From an uncultured Methylomirabilota bacterium (GTDB lineage Bacteria; Methylomirabilota; Methylomirabilia; Methylomirabilales; 2-02-FULL-66-22): DNA of 64,000 nucleotides. The position numbers were made by a program, and so were the translations under genes. The stretch is taken from the NCBI GenBank assembly GCA_963705305.1, contig OY970067.1:2560001-2624000 (forward strand), written 5' to 3'. Of this stretch, positions 19,592 to 32,461 are shown piece by piece (the first letter of the stretch is position 1; each line of letters begins with the position of its first letter). A model generated the notes under the pieces. It did no database searches, was not told the origin of the DNA, and saw only the letters and a program-made list of their open reading frames with translations.

Positions 19592-20117
19592 CTTCGGCTC
19601 CTCCTGAGGAGGACGGCTCTTCCTGTGTCCTCCGCGATTCCATGGATCTCGGCTCCGCGGTGTATGGGCGAGACGGTCCCGCCCATTCTCCTGCCCGCGG
19701 TGACCACTGTCGGCCTTCTCCTATATGAAAAAAAGCAATCTCCCATCCTGCAGTATCTTATTCCCAGGTGAGAGAGGTGGGATACGCCAAACACGGCCAG
19801 TGGGAAATCGAACACACACGCATCCCCGATTGAAAATACCCGCAATTCCGATACCAAGGGGTTCGATGCTCCTCCAGAGATTTCGAGAGGGGGCGAAAGG
19901 GCCATCTGCAACCTTCATCTATCGAGACTTGCGAGCCCAGAAGGGAATCCGCCCCCGCGCGCGGGCGGGTTCGATCTGGATGAATTCTCCCGGGAGGACC
20001 CGCTGGCTGAGGCAAATTGGTCCAAATTTGGGCCACAACGCCTCGCAGAGCGCGGCCGGCCCCTGGCGATGCCCTGCAGATTCTGCTGACGACGGAGGGA
20101 GGAGAGGGAAGCGGACG

Positions 20118-20447
20118 TTATTTCTCCGCTTCCTGATCCGACGATTCGTCCAATGTGTCCGCCGTGTCTCGCGGCGTGTCACCGGACGGAGCAGCATCCG
20201 GGGGATCCGTATACGGGAGGAGCAGGAGCCCTTCCTGCAACTTTCGCAGGAGCTCGTCCGCCTCGGCTTGGGTGAAGGTGCTCTCCTGGACCGCCAGAAC
20301 AGCAATCTGATCCCAGGCCGGAGCGCTGCCCGACGAGTCGGCCTGTCCGGACATCCGGCGCCGGTCCTCCACCAATCGCTGGTACACCAGGTCTGCCAGC
20401 GAATCGGAGGCACGCTCGATGAGCTGTTTCAACAAGGCATCCGGCAT
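20118..20447 (-). CDS. Hypothetical protein
   Basis: Helical protein-like ORF MPDALLKQLIERASDSLADLVYQRL...; upstream TTGACT-N16-TACATT promoter-like sequence (20657-20630). Confidence 0.5.
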   Translation of the reverse strand: MPDALLKQLIERASDSLADLVYQRLVEDRRRMSGQADSSGSAPAWDQIAVLAVQESTFTQAEADELLRKLQEGLLLLPYTDPPDAAPSGDTPRDTADTLDESSDQEAEK

Positions 20448-20768
20448 GGTCGCCCATTTCATGGAATGCGAATGCCGCGGTCCCCTAAAAACACAAACGC
20501 CTCAGCAACGGTCGCTGGCGACCGTCCTGAGGCCGCTGCCTCCTTCCGGAGGAGGCGACGTTAGGGGTCCGGCCCGGGGCCTCCCGACTGCCTCGCACAT
20601 GGGGAATCCTCGCTCAGCTCTCATACAGTAATGTAGGCTTCAGCGCCCCACAGTCAAGGCATACCGGCTCCCCGGCAGGGGGTCCACGGGATACGGGTGT
20701 GAGGGGGCCGGCGCCGCGGACGGGAAGGGGACAGCGTGCCCGCGGTGGCGGCCCTGCGGACCCGGGAC

Positions 20769-22133
20769 TCAGTCCTCGCCCAGCTTGATATGGTACCGGC
20801 GGATCTTGCGGTAGAGGGTCCGGCGGTCGATCCCCAGGATGGAGGCGGCGCGGATCTGATGCCCCTTGGTGCGCCGGAGAATCATGGCGATGTAATCCCT
20901 CTCCAGATCCTCCAGCGTGGCCTCTTTGGCCAGGGCGCGCTCCAGCGGATCGGTGCCGCCGGCCAGGTGGGGGGGGAGGTCGCCCGGCTGGATGGCGGGG
21001 TCGCGTCCCAGGGTCACCGCCCGCTCGATGATATTCTCCAGCTCGCGGACGTTGCCGGGCCAGCCGTAGCTCAGGAGGATGGCCATGGCCTCCTTGGAGA
21101 TCTCCCGGATATTGGGGTTGGATTCCTGCGAGAACTTCTGCATGAAGTGATTGGCCAGCAGCGGGATGTCCTCCTGCCGATCCTTGAGATCCGGCAGGGT
21201 GATGGGCACGACATTCAGCCGGTAGTACAGATCCTCCCGGAAGCTCCCCTCCTCCACGGCCTTCTTCAGGTCCCGGTTGGTGGCGGCGATGACCCGGACG
21301 TCGATCTTGATGGTCCGGGTCCCCCCCACCCGCTCGATCTCCCGCTCCTGGAGGGCGCGGAGGATCTTCGCCTGGAGGTCCAGGCGCATGGAGCCCACCT
21401 CGTCCAGGAACAGGCTCCCCCCGGTGGCGAGCTCGAACTTCCCCACCTTGGTGGCGATGGCCCCGGTGAAGGCCCCCTTCTCATGGCCGAACAGCTCCGA
21501 CTCCAGGAGCTCGGAGGGGATGGCGGCGCAGTTGACGGCGACGAAGGCCTTGGAAACCCGCGGGCTGTTGTAGTGGACGGCCTTGGCCACCAGCTCCTTT
21601 CCCGTCCCGCTCTTGCCGTAGACCATCACGGTGCTGCGGCTGCCCGCCACCTGCTCGATCAGGCCGAACACCTCCTGCATGGCGCGGCTCTTCCCGATCA
21701 GGTTCTCGAAATGGTAGCGCGTGCGGAGCTCCTGCCGCAGGCTGCTCACCTCGTGCCGCAGCCGCCGCTCCTCCAGGGCCTTGTCGATGGTCAGGAGCAT
21801 CTCGTCGATCTTGAAGGGCTTGTTGATGTAGTCGTATGCTCCTTCCTTCACGGCCTGCACCGCCTGGTCGATGGACCCGAAGGCCGTCATGATGATGACA
21901 ACGGTGTCCGGATTCAGCTCCTTGATGGCCTTCAGCGCGTCCATGCCGCTCATCCCCGGCATGCGGACGTCCGTCACGACCAGATCCATGGGCTCTTTCT
22001 CGAGCACGGCCAGGGCTTCCGCCCCGTCCCCGCAGGCCGCGACCTGATAGCCGCTCTTGTCCAGGACCTTGGCCAGCAGGCCCCGCATCTGCTCTTCGTC
22101 GTCCACAACCAGGATGCGCGCTTTCGTCGTCAT
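20769..22133 (-). CDS. Sigma-54-dependent response regulator (NtrC/AtoC family)
   Basis: Start MTTKARILVVDDEE; GKSGTGKE, GAFTGA, WPGNVREL, HTH GIDRRTLYRK. Confidence 0.95.
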   Translation of the reverse strand: MTTKARILVVDDEEQMRGLLAKVLDKSGYQVAACGDGAEALAVLEKEPMDLVVTDVRMPGMSGMDALKAIKELNPDTVVIIMTAFGSIDQAVQAVKEGAYDYINKPFKIDEMLLTIDKALEERRLRHEVSSLRQELRTRYHFENLIGKSRAMQEVFGLIEQVAGSRSTVMVYGKSGTGKELVAKAVHYNSPRVSKAFVAVNCAAIPSELLESELFGHEKGAFTGAIATKVGKFELATGGSLFLDEVGSMRLDLQAKILRALQEREIERVGGTRTIKIDVRVIAATNRDLKKAVEEGSFREDLYYRLNVVPITLPDLKDRQEDIPLLANHFMQKFSQESNPNIREISKEAMAILLSYGWPGNVRELENIIERAVTLGRDPAIQPGDLPPHLAGGTDPLERALAKEATLEDLERDYIAMILRRTKGHQIRAASILGIDRRTLYRKIRRYHIKLGED

Positions 22134-23959
22134 GCGATCTGTCCCTCGGCAGGCAGCCAAATAGTGAAGGTGGTCCCCCGACCGACCTGGCTGGACACCT
22201 CGACGCTCCCGTGGTGATCCTCCACGATGCGCCGGCTGATGGCCAGCCCCAGGCCGGTTCCCTTGCCGACCCCCTTGGTGCTGAAGAACGGGTCGAAGAT
22301 CCGCGGCAGGTGCTCGGCGGGAATGCCGGTGCCGGTATCGGCGATACTGATCTCCACGCCTCGCGGCGCGGGGCGGCCTCCGCGTCGGGGTCGATCTCCC
22401 GGGGGCGTGGCGCGGGTCGCCAGGGCCAGGCTGCCGCCGTCCGGCATGGCATGCCAGGCGTTGATGATGATGTTGAGAAACGCCTGCTCCAGCTGGTTGG
22501 TGTCGCCGATGATGGCGGGGAGATCGGACTGGAAATCGGTGCGGACCGCGATGTGGCCTTTGGCGATCTGGTGCTCGGTGAGGCCGAGGACCTCGTGAAG
22601 CAGGTCGTTCAACTTGACCGGCTCCAGCTCCATCCGCGCCGGGCGCGCGAAGTTGAGCAGCTGCTGGATCAGCTTGGTGATTCGGTCCGTCTGGGCAATG
22701 ATGATCTCCAGTTCCTGCGGGCGAGGCCGCTCGGCTCCCCACTCCATCATCAGGTACTCGGCGGAGCCGGAGATCACGTTCAACGGGGTGCCGATCTGGT
22801 GGGCGATCCCCGCCGCCAACTGCCCAACCACGGCCAGCTTCTCCGCCTGCTGCACCTCCTGGGCCAGCGATACGCGATCGGTCACGTCCTCGATGGCCAG
22901 CACGGCGCCGTCCGTCTCGCCTGCGGGACTCCGTAGGGCGCTGCCGCGGATGTTCAGGACCACCCGTCCGCGATGGAGTGTCTCGTGGTCGAAGTAACGC
23001 AGGGTGAACTCCCGAGTCTCGCCCCGCAAGAGCCGGTCGAGCTCCGCCCGGAGGCCCTCCCGCTCCAGGGCGGGGAAGGCCTCAAACAGGCCGCGGCCCA
23101 TCACGGCGGGCTCGGCGATGCCGTACCGCTCGGTCATGGCCCGATTCCAGGTTCGGATGCGGCAGTGGCGGTCCACACCGATGATGCCATCGGTGATGCC
23201 CTGGATCACGTTGTAGGCGTTGGCGCTCTCCTGGACCAGCCGCTGGCGCGCCTCTTCCAGGTGGACGGCGAGGAGGTTGAATTCTCTGGCCAGCCGCGCG
23301 ACCTCGTCCTGTCCCGGCACCTCGACTTCGGCGGGCACCTGGCCCCGGCCGAGGGTGGCCACGCGCTCCATCAGTCTTGCCAGCGGCGCCGTGACCGTGC
23401 GCCGGATGGTGAGGGTGATGAGCACGATCAGGGCTACGGAGATCACCGCCAGCAGGCCCAAAAAGTAGTTCCGCTCGCGGGCGAGACTGTCCTGGATCTC
23501 CTCGAGACTCACCGACACCTTGAGGCCGCCCAGGACGGCGCCATCGGCCGTCAAGGCCACCAGCTGGCTGCGAAGCGGGACGCCCCCCAGCTGCTCCACC
23601 ACGCCGGCCCCCCGGGGGACGCCGCTCACGGTGGTCAGCTCCCCGCGGCTGACGGGTGGGGCGTCGGCACTCAGTCCCCAGCGCAGGATGGGGCGGCCGG
23701 ACGCGTCGTAAACGACCAGGCCGAACCGGCCGGGCGCCAGGCTGGAGCGCTCGACGATGGTCAGGAAATCGGCCGCATTCTGACGGCGGAGGGCATCGGC
23801 GACGGGGATCGCCATGGTGTTGGCGATGCGCTCGGCCTCGCCCCAGATCTCCTGCTGCTGGAGGTGCTGAACGCGCTTCAAAGTGATAACCGAGAAGACG
23901 GCCAGGACCAGGAGGATCGGGATCAGGACCCAGAGCGTGACCTTGGCGCCGAGGCTCAT
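22130..23959 (-). CDS. Sensor histidine kinase (TM, HAMP, PAS, HisKA, HATPase)
   Basis: Start MSLGAKVTLW; AHQIGTPL H-box; DTGTGI and [15 protein letters not shown]. Confidence 0.92.
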   Translation of the reverse strand: MSLGAKVTLWVLIPILLVLAVFSVITLKRVQHLQQQEIWGEAERIANTMAIPVADALRRQNAADFLTIVERSSLAPGRFGLVVYDASGRPILRWGLSADAPPVSRGELTTVSGVPRGAGVVEQLGGVPLRSQLVALTADGAVLGGLKVSVSLEEIQDSLARERNYFLGLLAVISVALIVLITLTIRRTVTAPLARLMERVATLGRGQVPAEVEVPGQDEVARLAREFNLLAVHLEEARQRLVQESANAYNVIQGITDGIIGVDRHCRIRTWNRAMTERYGIAEPAVMGRGLFEAFPALEREGLRAELDRLLRGETREFTLRYFDHETLHRGRVVLNIRGSALRSPAGETDGAVLAIEDVTDRVSLAQEVQQAEKLAVVGQLAAGIAHQIGTPLNVISGSAEYLMMEWGAERPRPQELEIIIAQTDRITKLIQQLLNFARPARMELEPVKLNDLLHEVLGLTEHQIAKGHIAVRTDFQSDLPAIIGDTNQLEQAFLNIIINAWHAMPDGGSLALATRATPPGDRPRRGGRPAPRGVEISIADTGTGIPAEHLPRIFDPFFSTKGVGKGTGLGLAISRRIVEDHHGSVEVSSQVGRGTTFTIWLPAEGQIA

Positions 23960-24742
23960 GCCTGCCCTCCGGGGTCGGGGAGACCGAAGGCGCGGCAGGC
24001 GTTCCTGGCCGTGAGCTGTCCGACACGCTCCGGGCTCCATCCCCACGCGGCGGCCAAGGCCTCCGCGACGAGACGGAGAAAGGCGGGCTCGTTCCGCCGG
24101 CCGCGATGCGGGACCGGCGGCAGGTAGGGCGCGTCGGTTTCTATGAGGATCCGGTCTTTGGGCGCCTCTGCGGCCAACTGCCGCAGACCGTTGGCGGACG
24201 GGTAGGTGAGGGGGCCGGCCAGCGACGTGTAATAGCCCCGGGCCCACGCCTCGTGCGCGACGGCATGGTCTCCCTGGAAGCAATGCAGGATCACGGCGGG
24301 CAGCCCCGTTGCTTCCTGGCCGAGGAGCCGCAGGTTGTCCACGTGGGCGTCGCGCGTGTGGACCACCAGGGGGCGGCCCAGCTCCTTGGCCAGGCGGACC
24401 TGGGCCCGGAAGGCGGCTGCTTGCCTCTCGCGGGGCGCCAGGTCCCGGAAATAGTCCAAACCCGTCTCGCCGATGCCGACGACGCGGGGATGCGCCGCCA
24501 AGGTCTCCAGGACCTGCATGGCGTCCGGCTCGAACGTCCTGCGCGTGGTGCGGGTGGATGCCGACGCAGGCGAGAATCCCATCCTCCTGTTCGGCCAGCG
24601 AAACGGCCTGCCGGCTGGAGGCCAGATCATATCCGACGGCGATCACGCAAGAGACGCCGGCCGCCCTGGCCCGCGCCAGGACTTCCGGTCTGTCCCGGTC
24701 GAAGTCGGACATATAGGGGTGAGAATGTGAGTCAAAAAACAC
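23956..24742 (-). CDS. tatD: TatD family hydrolase; +1 frameshift near 24533, probably a sequence error
   Basis: FDSHSH and GIHPH in one frame; IGETGLDY, HTRDAH, LHCF and ETDAPYL in the next; removing one base joins them. Confidence 0.88.
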
Positions 24743-25196
24743 CGCAGGACCCCCCTTCATCTCGGAGCACTATAGCCGATGTGTCCCACCGTCGCAACCG
24801 GCGGTGCAGGCGTGTCTCAAATTGGACATGATGCCCCATTCCCGGGCGGATGCCGGCCGAAGGATGCTGCGGGAATCTGGTGCAGAAGGGCGGCTGGTTT
24901 CGGAGGGAAATGCGGAGTGCAACGGGAGACGGCAAGACCGTGTCCGCGTCGGTTCGGGTTCGCGCTGGCGGGTGAGACCTGCTATACTCCCGCCGCACAC
25001 GCACTCGGACGGAGGCGCCCATGGGCGGTTGCCGCGGCTGTCGGTCGTGCCCGTGCCCACGGATCGGGCGCCTGATCGGAACGCTGGGCGGCCTGGCCTG
25101 AGGCCGATGGCGGGCAGGCCGGCGGCGCCCGGCGGGTCCGCTCCTGATCAATGGGCGGGCGAGCAGCACTCCGTCCGAAACCCCTGAAACCGGAGG

Positions 25197-26606
25197 ATGC
25201 AGGCAATGCAGGCGATTACCATGTCCGAGCTGGTCAGCGATCTGAAGACCCTGGGCCTGACACAGGGGAAATCCCCGCGCCTGCCGGAGGGCGCCCGGCC
25301 CCCCGCCGCCATGCTGGACGGCTGGGCGCAGGCCGCGGCCCTGGCCGAGCCGGAGGTCCGCCAAGCGGCCATCTGGGCCATCCGCGAGGCCGCGCACGCG
25401 GCCGGCGTGGTGCCCGCCTCGATCCAGGACCTGTACCGCGCGCGGGGACAGGGGCGGTGGGGGGACCGCACCGTGCCGGCCATGAATCTGCGCGGGTGGA
25501 CCTACCAGACCTGCCGAGCCGCCTTTCGGGCGGCGCGCAAAATGGACGCGTCCCTCCTGGTCTTCGAGCAGGCTCTGGCCGAGGCGATCTATGCGGCGCA
25601 GCCGCCTGCAGAGTACACCGCCGGCGTGCTAGCCGCCGCGCTCCGCGAGGGACACCAGGGGCCGGTCTTCCTTCAGGCGGACCACGACCAGGTCAACGCC
25701 ACACGCTACGCGCAGGACCCTCGGGCGGAGACGCAGCGCCTGGCGGATGTGATTCGGGAGCAAGTTGCCGCCAGTTTTTTCAACATCGACGTCGACGCCT
25801 CCACCGTGGTGGACCTCGCCTTGCCGACGTTGGTGGAGCAGCAGCGGCTGAACGCCGAGCTCACGGCGCGGTTCACCCGGCTGGTGCGCGAGCTGGAGCC
25901 GCCGGGAGTGACGATCTCCGTGGGGGCCGAGATCGGCGAGGTGGGGGCGCACAACACCACGCCGGACGAGCTGAGGGCCTTCATGGCCACCTACCCGACG
26001 GCGCTGGCGGCCGCCGGCGGCGGGGCCGGGATCACCAAGGTCAGCGTGAACTCGGGCACCCACCACGGCGGCAAGGTCCTGCCGGACGGGAGCCTAGCCC
26101 GGGTAAACGTGGCCTTCGACACCCTCCGTGAGATCTCCCGGGTCGGTCGGGAGGAGTTCGGCTTGGCCGGGGCGGTGCAGCACGGGGCCTCGACCCTTCC
26201 CATGGAGACCTTCAGCAAATTCCCGGAGACCGGGACGGTGGAGATCCACCTGGCGCTAGGCTTCAACAACCTGATCTTCGATCATCCGCGGCTGCCCCAA
26301 GAGGTCAAGGATGAGATCCGGGCCTACATCTTCGCCCGCCACGCGGGGGAGCGGTCGCCCGGCCAGACCGAAGCCCAGTTCATCTACACGACCCGGAAGA
26401 AAGCCTGGGCGGGGATGAGGGCGCGCTTCTGGGGCTTGCCGGCCGATATCCAGGAGGCCATCATGGCCTCCCTGGAAGCGATGTTCGGCGAGATGTTTCA
26501 GCGGATGAAGGTCGGGGGGACCAACGAGTTGGTCGGGCGGCTCACGCCGGCGGTGCCGGTGCCCGTCCCCGTCCCACCGGCACTGGCCCAGGCGCTGGGC
26601 CGGTGA
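25197..26606 (+). CDS. Class II fructose-bisphosphate aldolase family protein
   Basis: PAMNLRG, FLQADH, FFNIDVDAS, GAEIGEVG, GTHHGG, GAVQHGASTLP. Confidence 0.85.
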   Translation: MQAMQAITMSELVSDLKTLGLTQGKSPRLPEGARPPAAMLDGWAQAAALAEPEVRQAAIWAIREAAHAAGVVPASIQDLYRARGQGRWGDRTVPAMNLRGWTYQTCRAAFRAARKMDASLLVFEQALAEAIYAAQPPAEYTAGVLAAALREGHQGPVFLQADHDQVNATRYAQDPRAETQRLADVIREQVAASFFNIDVDASTVVDLALPTLVEQQRLNAELTARFTRLVRELEPPGVTISVGAEIGEVGAHNTTPDELRAFMATYPTALAAAGGGAGITKVSVNSGTHHGGKVLPDGSLARVNVAFDTLREISRVGREEFGLAGAVQHGASTLPMETFSKFPETGTVEIHLALGFNNLIFDHPRLPQEVKDEIRAYIFARHAGERSPGQTEAQFIYTTRKKAWAGMRARFWGLPADIQEAIMASLEAMFGEMFQRMKVGGTNELVGRLTPAVPVPVPVPPALAQALGR

Positions 26607-26783
26607 ACGCCCTCCGGGTGCGGCCGCCGGCATCTCTTTCCATGCGTTCCGAGGCCGAAGTTCGGGTACGCCCCCGCCCGAGGCGGCGAATATGCCTCTG
26701 ATCCGGCCTGCCGTGAGCGCCGGGCACGTCCGCCGCGCGGGGGGGCACATCGACCAAGGCAAAACGGGCACGCTGGGGGATCC

Positions 26784-27020
26784 GGCCTGTACACGTTCCT
26801 GCTGGCCTGGAACGAGCTCCTGTTCGCGGTGGTGCTGATCGAATCCTGGGAGAAGCGGGTCATCACCATGGCGATTTACAGCCTGCTGGCGGAGTTCGTC
26901 ACGGAATGGAATGTGATGATGGCGTTCTCCGTCCTCGCCAGCGCCCTGCTGGTCGTTGCCTTCATCTTCCTCCAGCGGTACGTGGTCGCCGGCATGACGG
27001 CCGGAGCGATCAAGGCATGA
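26784..27020 (+). pseudogene. 3' remnant of a carbohydrate ABC transporter permease (MalG-like)
   Basis: GLYTFLLAWNELLFA...FLQRYVVAGMTAGAIKA with no N-terminal two-thirds. Confidence 0.7.
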
Positions 27021-27967
27021 CCCCGGTCGATCCGCACCCCCGGCCCTTCGACGTGGTCGGACTGGGCACCAACGCCCTGGATCTCATCGCCATCATCGAG
27101 GGCTACCCGCAGCCCGACACCAAGGCGCAGTTCCGGGAGTTTGACGTGCAGGGAGGCGGGGTAGTGGCCACGGCCATGGCGGCCTGCGCGCGCTTGGGCC
27201 TCCGCGCCCGCTACGTCGGCAAGGTGGGAACCGACTTCTGGTCGCGGGCGTCGCTCAAGACGCTCACCCGCGAGGGGATCGACGTCCGCCACGTCATCCG
27301 GGCGAAGGGCAGCCCCGGCCATGTCAGTCTGGTGCTGGCGGATCGGGCCACCGGCGCGCGCACGCTCTTCTTCCGGCGGCCGCCGGCCTACGCCATCCGG
27401 CCGGAGGAACTGAGCCGAGAGGCGATCACGGCCGGTCGCCTCCTGCACGTGGACGGGATCGACGCGGCGGCGGCCCTCCAGGCCGTCCGCTGGGCCCGCG
27501 AGGCCGGCATGCTCGTGACCATGGATGGCGAGCGGATCGTTCCCGGCATCGAGGAGGTCTGGCCCCGGACGGATCTGTTGGTCTGCAATCCGCGCTTTCT
27601 GGGAGCGGTCACCCGGGAAGGCGGGCTGGAGGACGGCCTCCGTTCTCTGACCGATCGCGGCCCCTCCCGCGTGGCGGTCACCCTGGCGGCGGACGGGGTG
27701 ATGGGCTACAGCGAAGGGCGGGTCGTGCGTGTCCCTGGATTTCCGGTCAAGCCGGTGGACAGCAACGGCGCCGGGGACGTCTTTCACGGGGCCTGTGCGG
27801 TGGGAGAGCTCAGGGCGTGGCCGCTGGAATGGACGCTCGCGTTCGCCAACGCCGTGGCTGCCATGAAGTGCCGGTTTCTGGGGGGCCGGCGCGGCATCCC
27901 CCGCCTGCCCGAGGTGGCGGAGTTCCTGCGCGCGCACGGTCGGCCGGACATCGCCGCCGCCATCTAG
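27017..27967 (+). CDS. PfkB family carbohydrate kinase
   Basis: GGGVVATAMAACARLG and DSNGAGDVFHG signatures; ATG overlaps the permease stop. Confidence 0.9.
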   Translation: MTPVDPHPRPFDVVGLGTNALDLIAIIEGYPQPDTKAQFREFDVQGGGVVATAMAACARLGLRARYVGKVGTDFWSRASLKTLTREGIDVRHVIRAKGSPGHVSLVLADRATGARTLFFRRPPAYAIRPEELSREAITAGRLLHVDGIDAAAALQAVRWAREAGMLVTMDGERIVPGIEEVWPRTDLLVCNPRFLGAVTREGGLEDGLRSLTDRGPSRVAVTLAADGVMGYSEGRVVRVPGFPVKPVDSNGAGDVFHGACAVGELRAWPLEWTLAFANAVAAMKCRFLGGRRGIPRLPEVAEFLRAHGRPDIAAAI

Positions 27968-27987
27968 CGTCCCTCCGCCTCCGGGGC

Positions 27988-29607
27988 TCACACGGTCACG
28001 GTGACCGACTGATACCCGGTGGCGCCGTCCGGGTACGGATCGTGGAGGGTCTCGACCTGAAGGGCGCCCGTGCCGTCCGTGGCCCGCACCCGGAAGGTGT
28101 GTCGGCCGGGGAGCTTGGGCCAATCATAGCGCCACTGGACCCAGGCGAGCGGACTCAGGGGCGGCGTCCGCAAGACCGCCTCGATCCACGGGCCGCCGTT
28201 CACCTGGATCTCCACCTTGCGAATGCCCCGATCGCCCGCCCAGGCGATGCCCCCCACCGGGATCCGGTCGTCGCGCAGGTCGCCGACGGCGACTGTGTCG
28301 ATCACCGAGATGACTTGCGGGATGGCCTGCTTGCTCCAGTCCCGGTCCTCCCAGTACCCGCCCTCGGTGCGGTCGATGGCCTTGATGGAGGCGATCCACT
28401 TGGGTTGCTTCATTCCGTACCGGTTCGGAATGTAAATCCGGAGGGGGAACCCGTGTGCCGGGGGAAGCGTCTCCCCGTTCATCCCGTAGACCAGGAGCGT
28501 GCGGGGGTCGGACATGTCCTGCAGCGTCACGCGCTCGAAGAACCCGTCGACGGCATCCACTTGGAGGGCTCGGGCCTCGGGGCGCAGCCCCAGATGCTGG
28601 AGAAGGTCGCGCAGCCGGACCCCGGTGTAGTAGGTGGTGCCGACGAGGTCCCCGCCCACGGGATTGGAGATGCAGCACAGCGTGATGGCCTGGGTGACGG
28701 CGGGAAACGCCTGCAGGTCCGCCAGGCGGAGCGGTCGGGGCCTCTCGAACAGGCCGCCCACCCTGAGAACCCAGTTGGCTTCGTCGATGACCGGCGAACG
28801 GGCGTCGATGTCGACCCGGTAGAAGCGGGCCGTGGGCGTGACCTCCGGCCGCGTCCCCGGGGCCGGTGGGATCCGGCCGCGCAGGGCGGCCGCGGTCTCA
28901 CCGCCGGCCGATCTCATGAGGGACTCCGAATTACCCGCCGGTCGCAGAAGCGGCCGGCCTGCCCCCGTGATCGAAGCGGACCCGCCGATCAGGCGGCCGA
29001 TCCCCCACGCCGCCAAGGCCAGACCGATCGAGCCGCCGGCCAGCTTGGCCAACAGGGTGCGGCGGGAGACGCGCGGCGCCTCGGAGGCTCTGGACACGGC
29101 ACCGTCTGCCCCCAGGGCGGCCAGCCCCATCCCCAGCACAATCGGCCAGCTCAGGATCAGCATCGCCAGCCACAGCACCGCCCCCACCGGACGGCTGCCC
29201 AGGGAAGTCCCCAGAGCGGCCTCCACCGACACCACCAGAGCGAAGAGCACCAGGCCGACACGCGTGCCCACGCGGACTCCCGACAGGCTGGTGTGCCGCA
29301 GGCTGAGGGCCTGGATGGCCCCCACGACCATGGTGCCCGCCACCACCAGCAAAATCGCCAGGAATTGTTCGATCTGCTTGGCCGCGATGCTGGTGGGCCC
29401 CAGGTGAAGGACGGTGACGAGCCGCACGATGAGATCGATGGTCGTTCGCAGGATGACGCCTGGGAGGACGCGGGCCAGCCAATCGAAGATGTCGAACGGG
29501 ACGAAGGGGAGTCCCGCCCACTGCCCGCCCAGGTAGGACAGGGCGATAAGGGGGAGGCCGGTCAGCCCGCCCAGCAGCGCGCCGAGCAGCAGCCATGATC
29601 GTCGCAT
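27988..29607 (-). CDS. Membrane-anchored sulfite-oxidase-family molybdopterin oxidoreductase
   Basis: FYRVD, LCCISNPVGG, HGFPLR, YGMKQPKW, GYWEDRDW, VRATDG; N-terminal TM helices. Confidence 0.88.
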   Translation of the reverse strand: MRRSWLLLGALLGGLTGLPLIALSYLGGQWAGLPFVPFDIFDWLARVLPGVILRTTIDLIVRLVTVLHLGPTSIAAKQIEQFLAILLVVAGTMVVGAIQALSLRHTSLSGVRVGTRVGLVLFALVVSVEAALGTSLGSRPVGAVLWLAMLILSWPIVLGMGLAALGADGAVSRASEAPRVSRRTLLAKLAGGSIGLALAAWGIGRLIGGSASITGAGRPLLRPAGNSESLMRSAGGETAAALRGRIPPAPGTRPEVTPTARFYRVDIDARSPVIDEANWVLRVGGLFERPRPLRLADLQAFPAVTQAITLCCISNPVGGDLVGTTYYTGVRLRDLLQHLGLRPEARALQVDAVDGFFERVTLQDMSDPRTLLVYGMNGETLPPAHGFPLRIYIPNRYGMKQPKWIASIKAIDRTEGGYWEDRDWSKQAIPQVISVIDTVAVGDLRDDRIPVGGIAWAGDRGIRKVEIQVNGGPWIEAVLRTPPLSPLAWVQWRYDWPKLPGRHTFRVRATDGTGALQVETLHDPYPDGATGYQSVTVTV

Positions 29608-29870
29608 GCTCGAGTCCGACCCTCTAGCCGGTCACGCATCGGGTGCGCAGCCGCTTCCGTATCTATGGGAGGCCCTGCGGGAATCATAACCGTTCAAGGC
29701 GTTCCTGGCGAGGGAGTGCGGGTCCCCCTCGGTCGGCCTCCCGGACCGGGGACGGGGTTGTCCGATCGAGCGCCAATGATCCATCGACCGGCTTGCCTGG
29801 AGGTCGGTCTTCGGCTATCATGCCAACCGCCTTTGCCGCCGATTCGACCCGAACGAACAGGGAGCGGTCC

Positions 29871-30527
29871 ATGACACGCGCGATTGCGTTCTACCAGAGC
29901 CTCGTCGGGAAAAAGATCCTGATGGCCGTCACCGGCCTCATGCTGTTCGGGTTCGTCGTCGTGCACCTCCTGGGGAACCTGCAGATCTTCCTCGGCCCCG
30001 ACCAGCTGAACGCTTACGCGGCCTTCCTGAAGCGCACGGCGGAGCTGCTCTGGCCCGCGCGGGTGGTCCTGCTGGCCGCACTGGTGCTGCATCTGCTGAC
30101 CGCCTACCAGGTGACGGTGGCCAGCTGGCGGGCCCGGCCGGTGAACTACACGGTGCGCCAGGACGAGGCCACCAACTATGCCGCGCGCACCATGATCGTC
30201 ACCGGTCCGCTGATCTTCCTGTACGTGATCTACCACCTGATGATGTTCACCTTTCTCAGCACCGGGCCCGGGTACAGCCAGACGGATGTCTATCGCAACG
30301 TGGTGTCGGCCTTCCAGGTTCCGGCTATCGCCGGGGTGTACATTCTGGCCATGCTGGTCCTGGGCATCCATCTCTACCATGCCGCATGGAGCATGCTCCA
30401 GACGCTGGGCATCACCTACCCCACCCGGGAAGGCCTGCGCCGCCTCCTGATCCCCGTGGTGGCCGTGCTCATCGCGGGGGGTTACATCCTCATTCCCGTG
30501 GCGGTCCTCACCGGCATCGTCCGGTGA
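29871..30527 (+). CDS. sdhC: Succinate dehydrogenase/fumarate reductase cytochrome b subunit
   Basis: [32 protein letters not shown]. Confidence 0.92.
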   Translation: MTRAIAFYQSLVGKKILMAVTGLMLFGFVVVHLLGNLQIFLGPDQLNAYAAFLKRTAELLWPARVVLLAALVLHLLTAYQVTVASWRARPVNYTVRQDEATNYAARTMIVTGPLIFLYVIYHLMMFTFLSTGPGYSQTDVYRNVVSAFQVPAIAGVYILAMLVLGIHLYHAAWSMLQTLGITYPTREGLRRLLIPVVAVLIAGGYILIPVAVLTGIVR

Positions 30528-30544
30528 CCGCCGAGGTCCGCGCC

Positions 30545-32457
<1,913 letters not shown>

Positions 32458-32461
<4 letters not shown>

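Noticed and set aside
19592..20117. Short ORFs and a possible sigma-54 promoter upstream of the malic enzyme
   Set aside because: The ORFs lack protein-like composition, and the candidate GG/GC pairs I checked do not have 10-nt spacing.
22130..24760. 876-aa apparent TatD-histidine kinase fusion in the ORF track
   Set aside because: Created by the +1 frameshift in tatD; the kinase has its own ATG at 23959 overlapping the true tatD stop.
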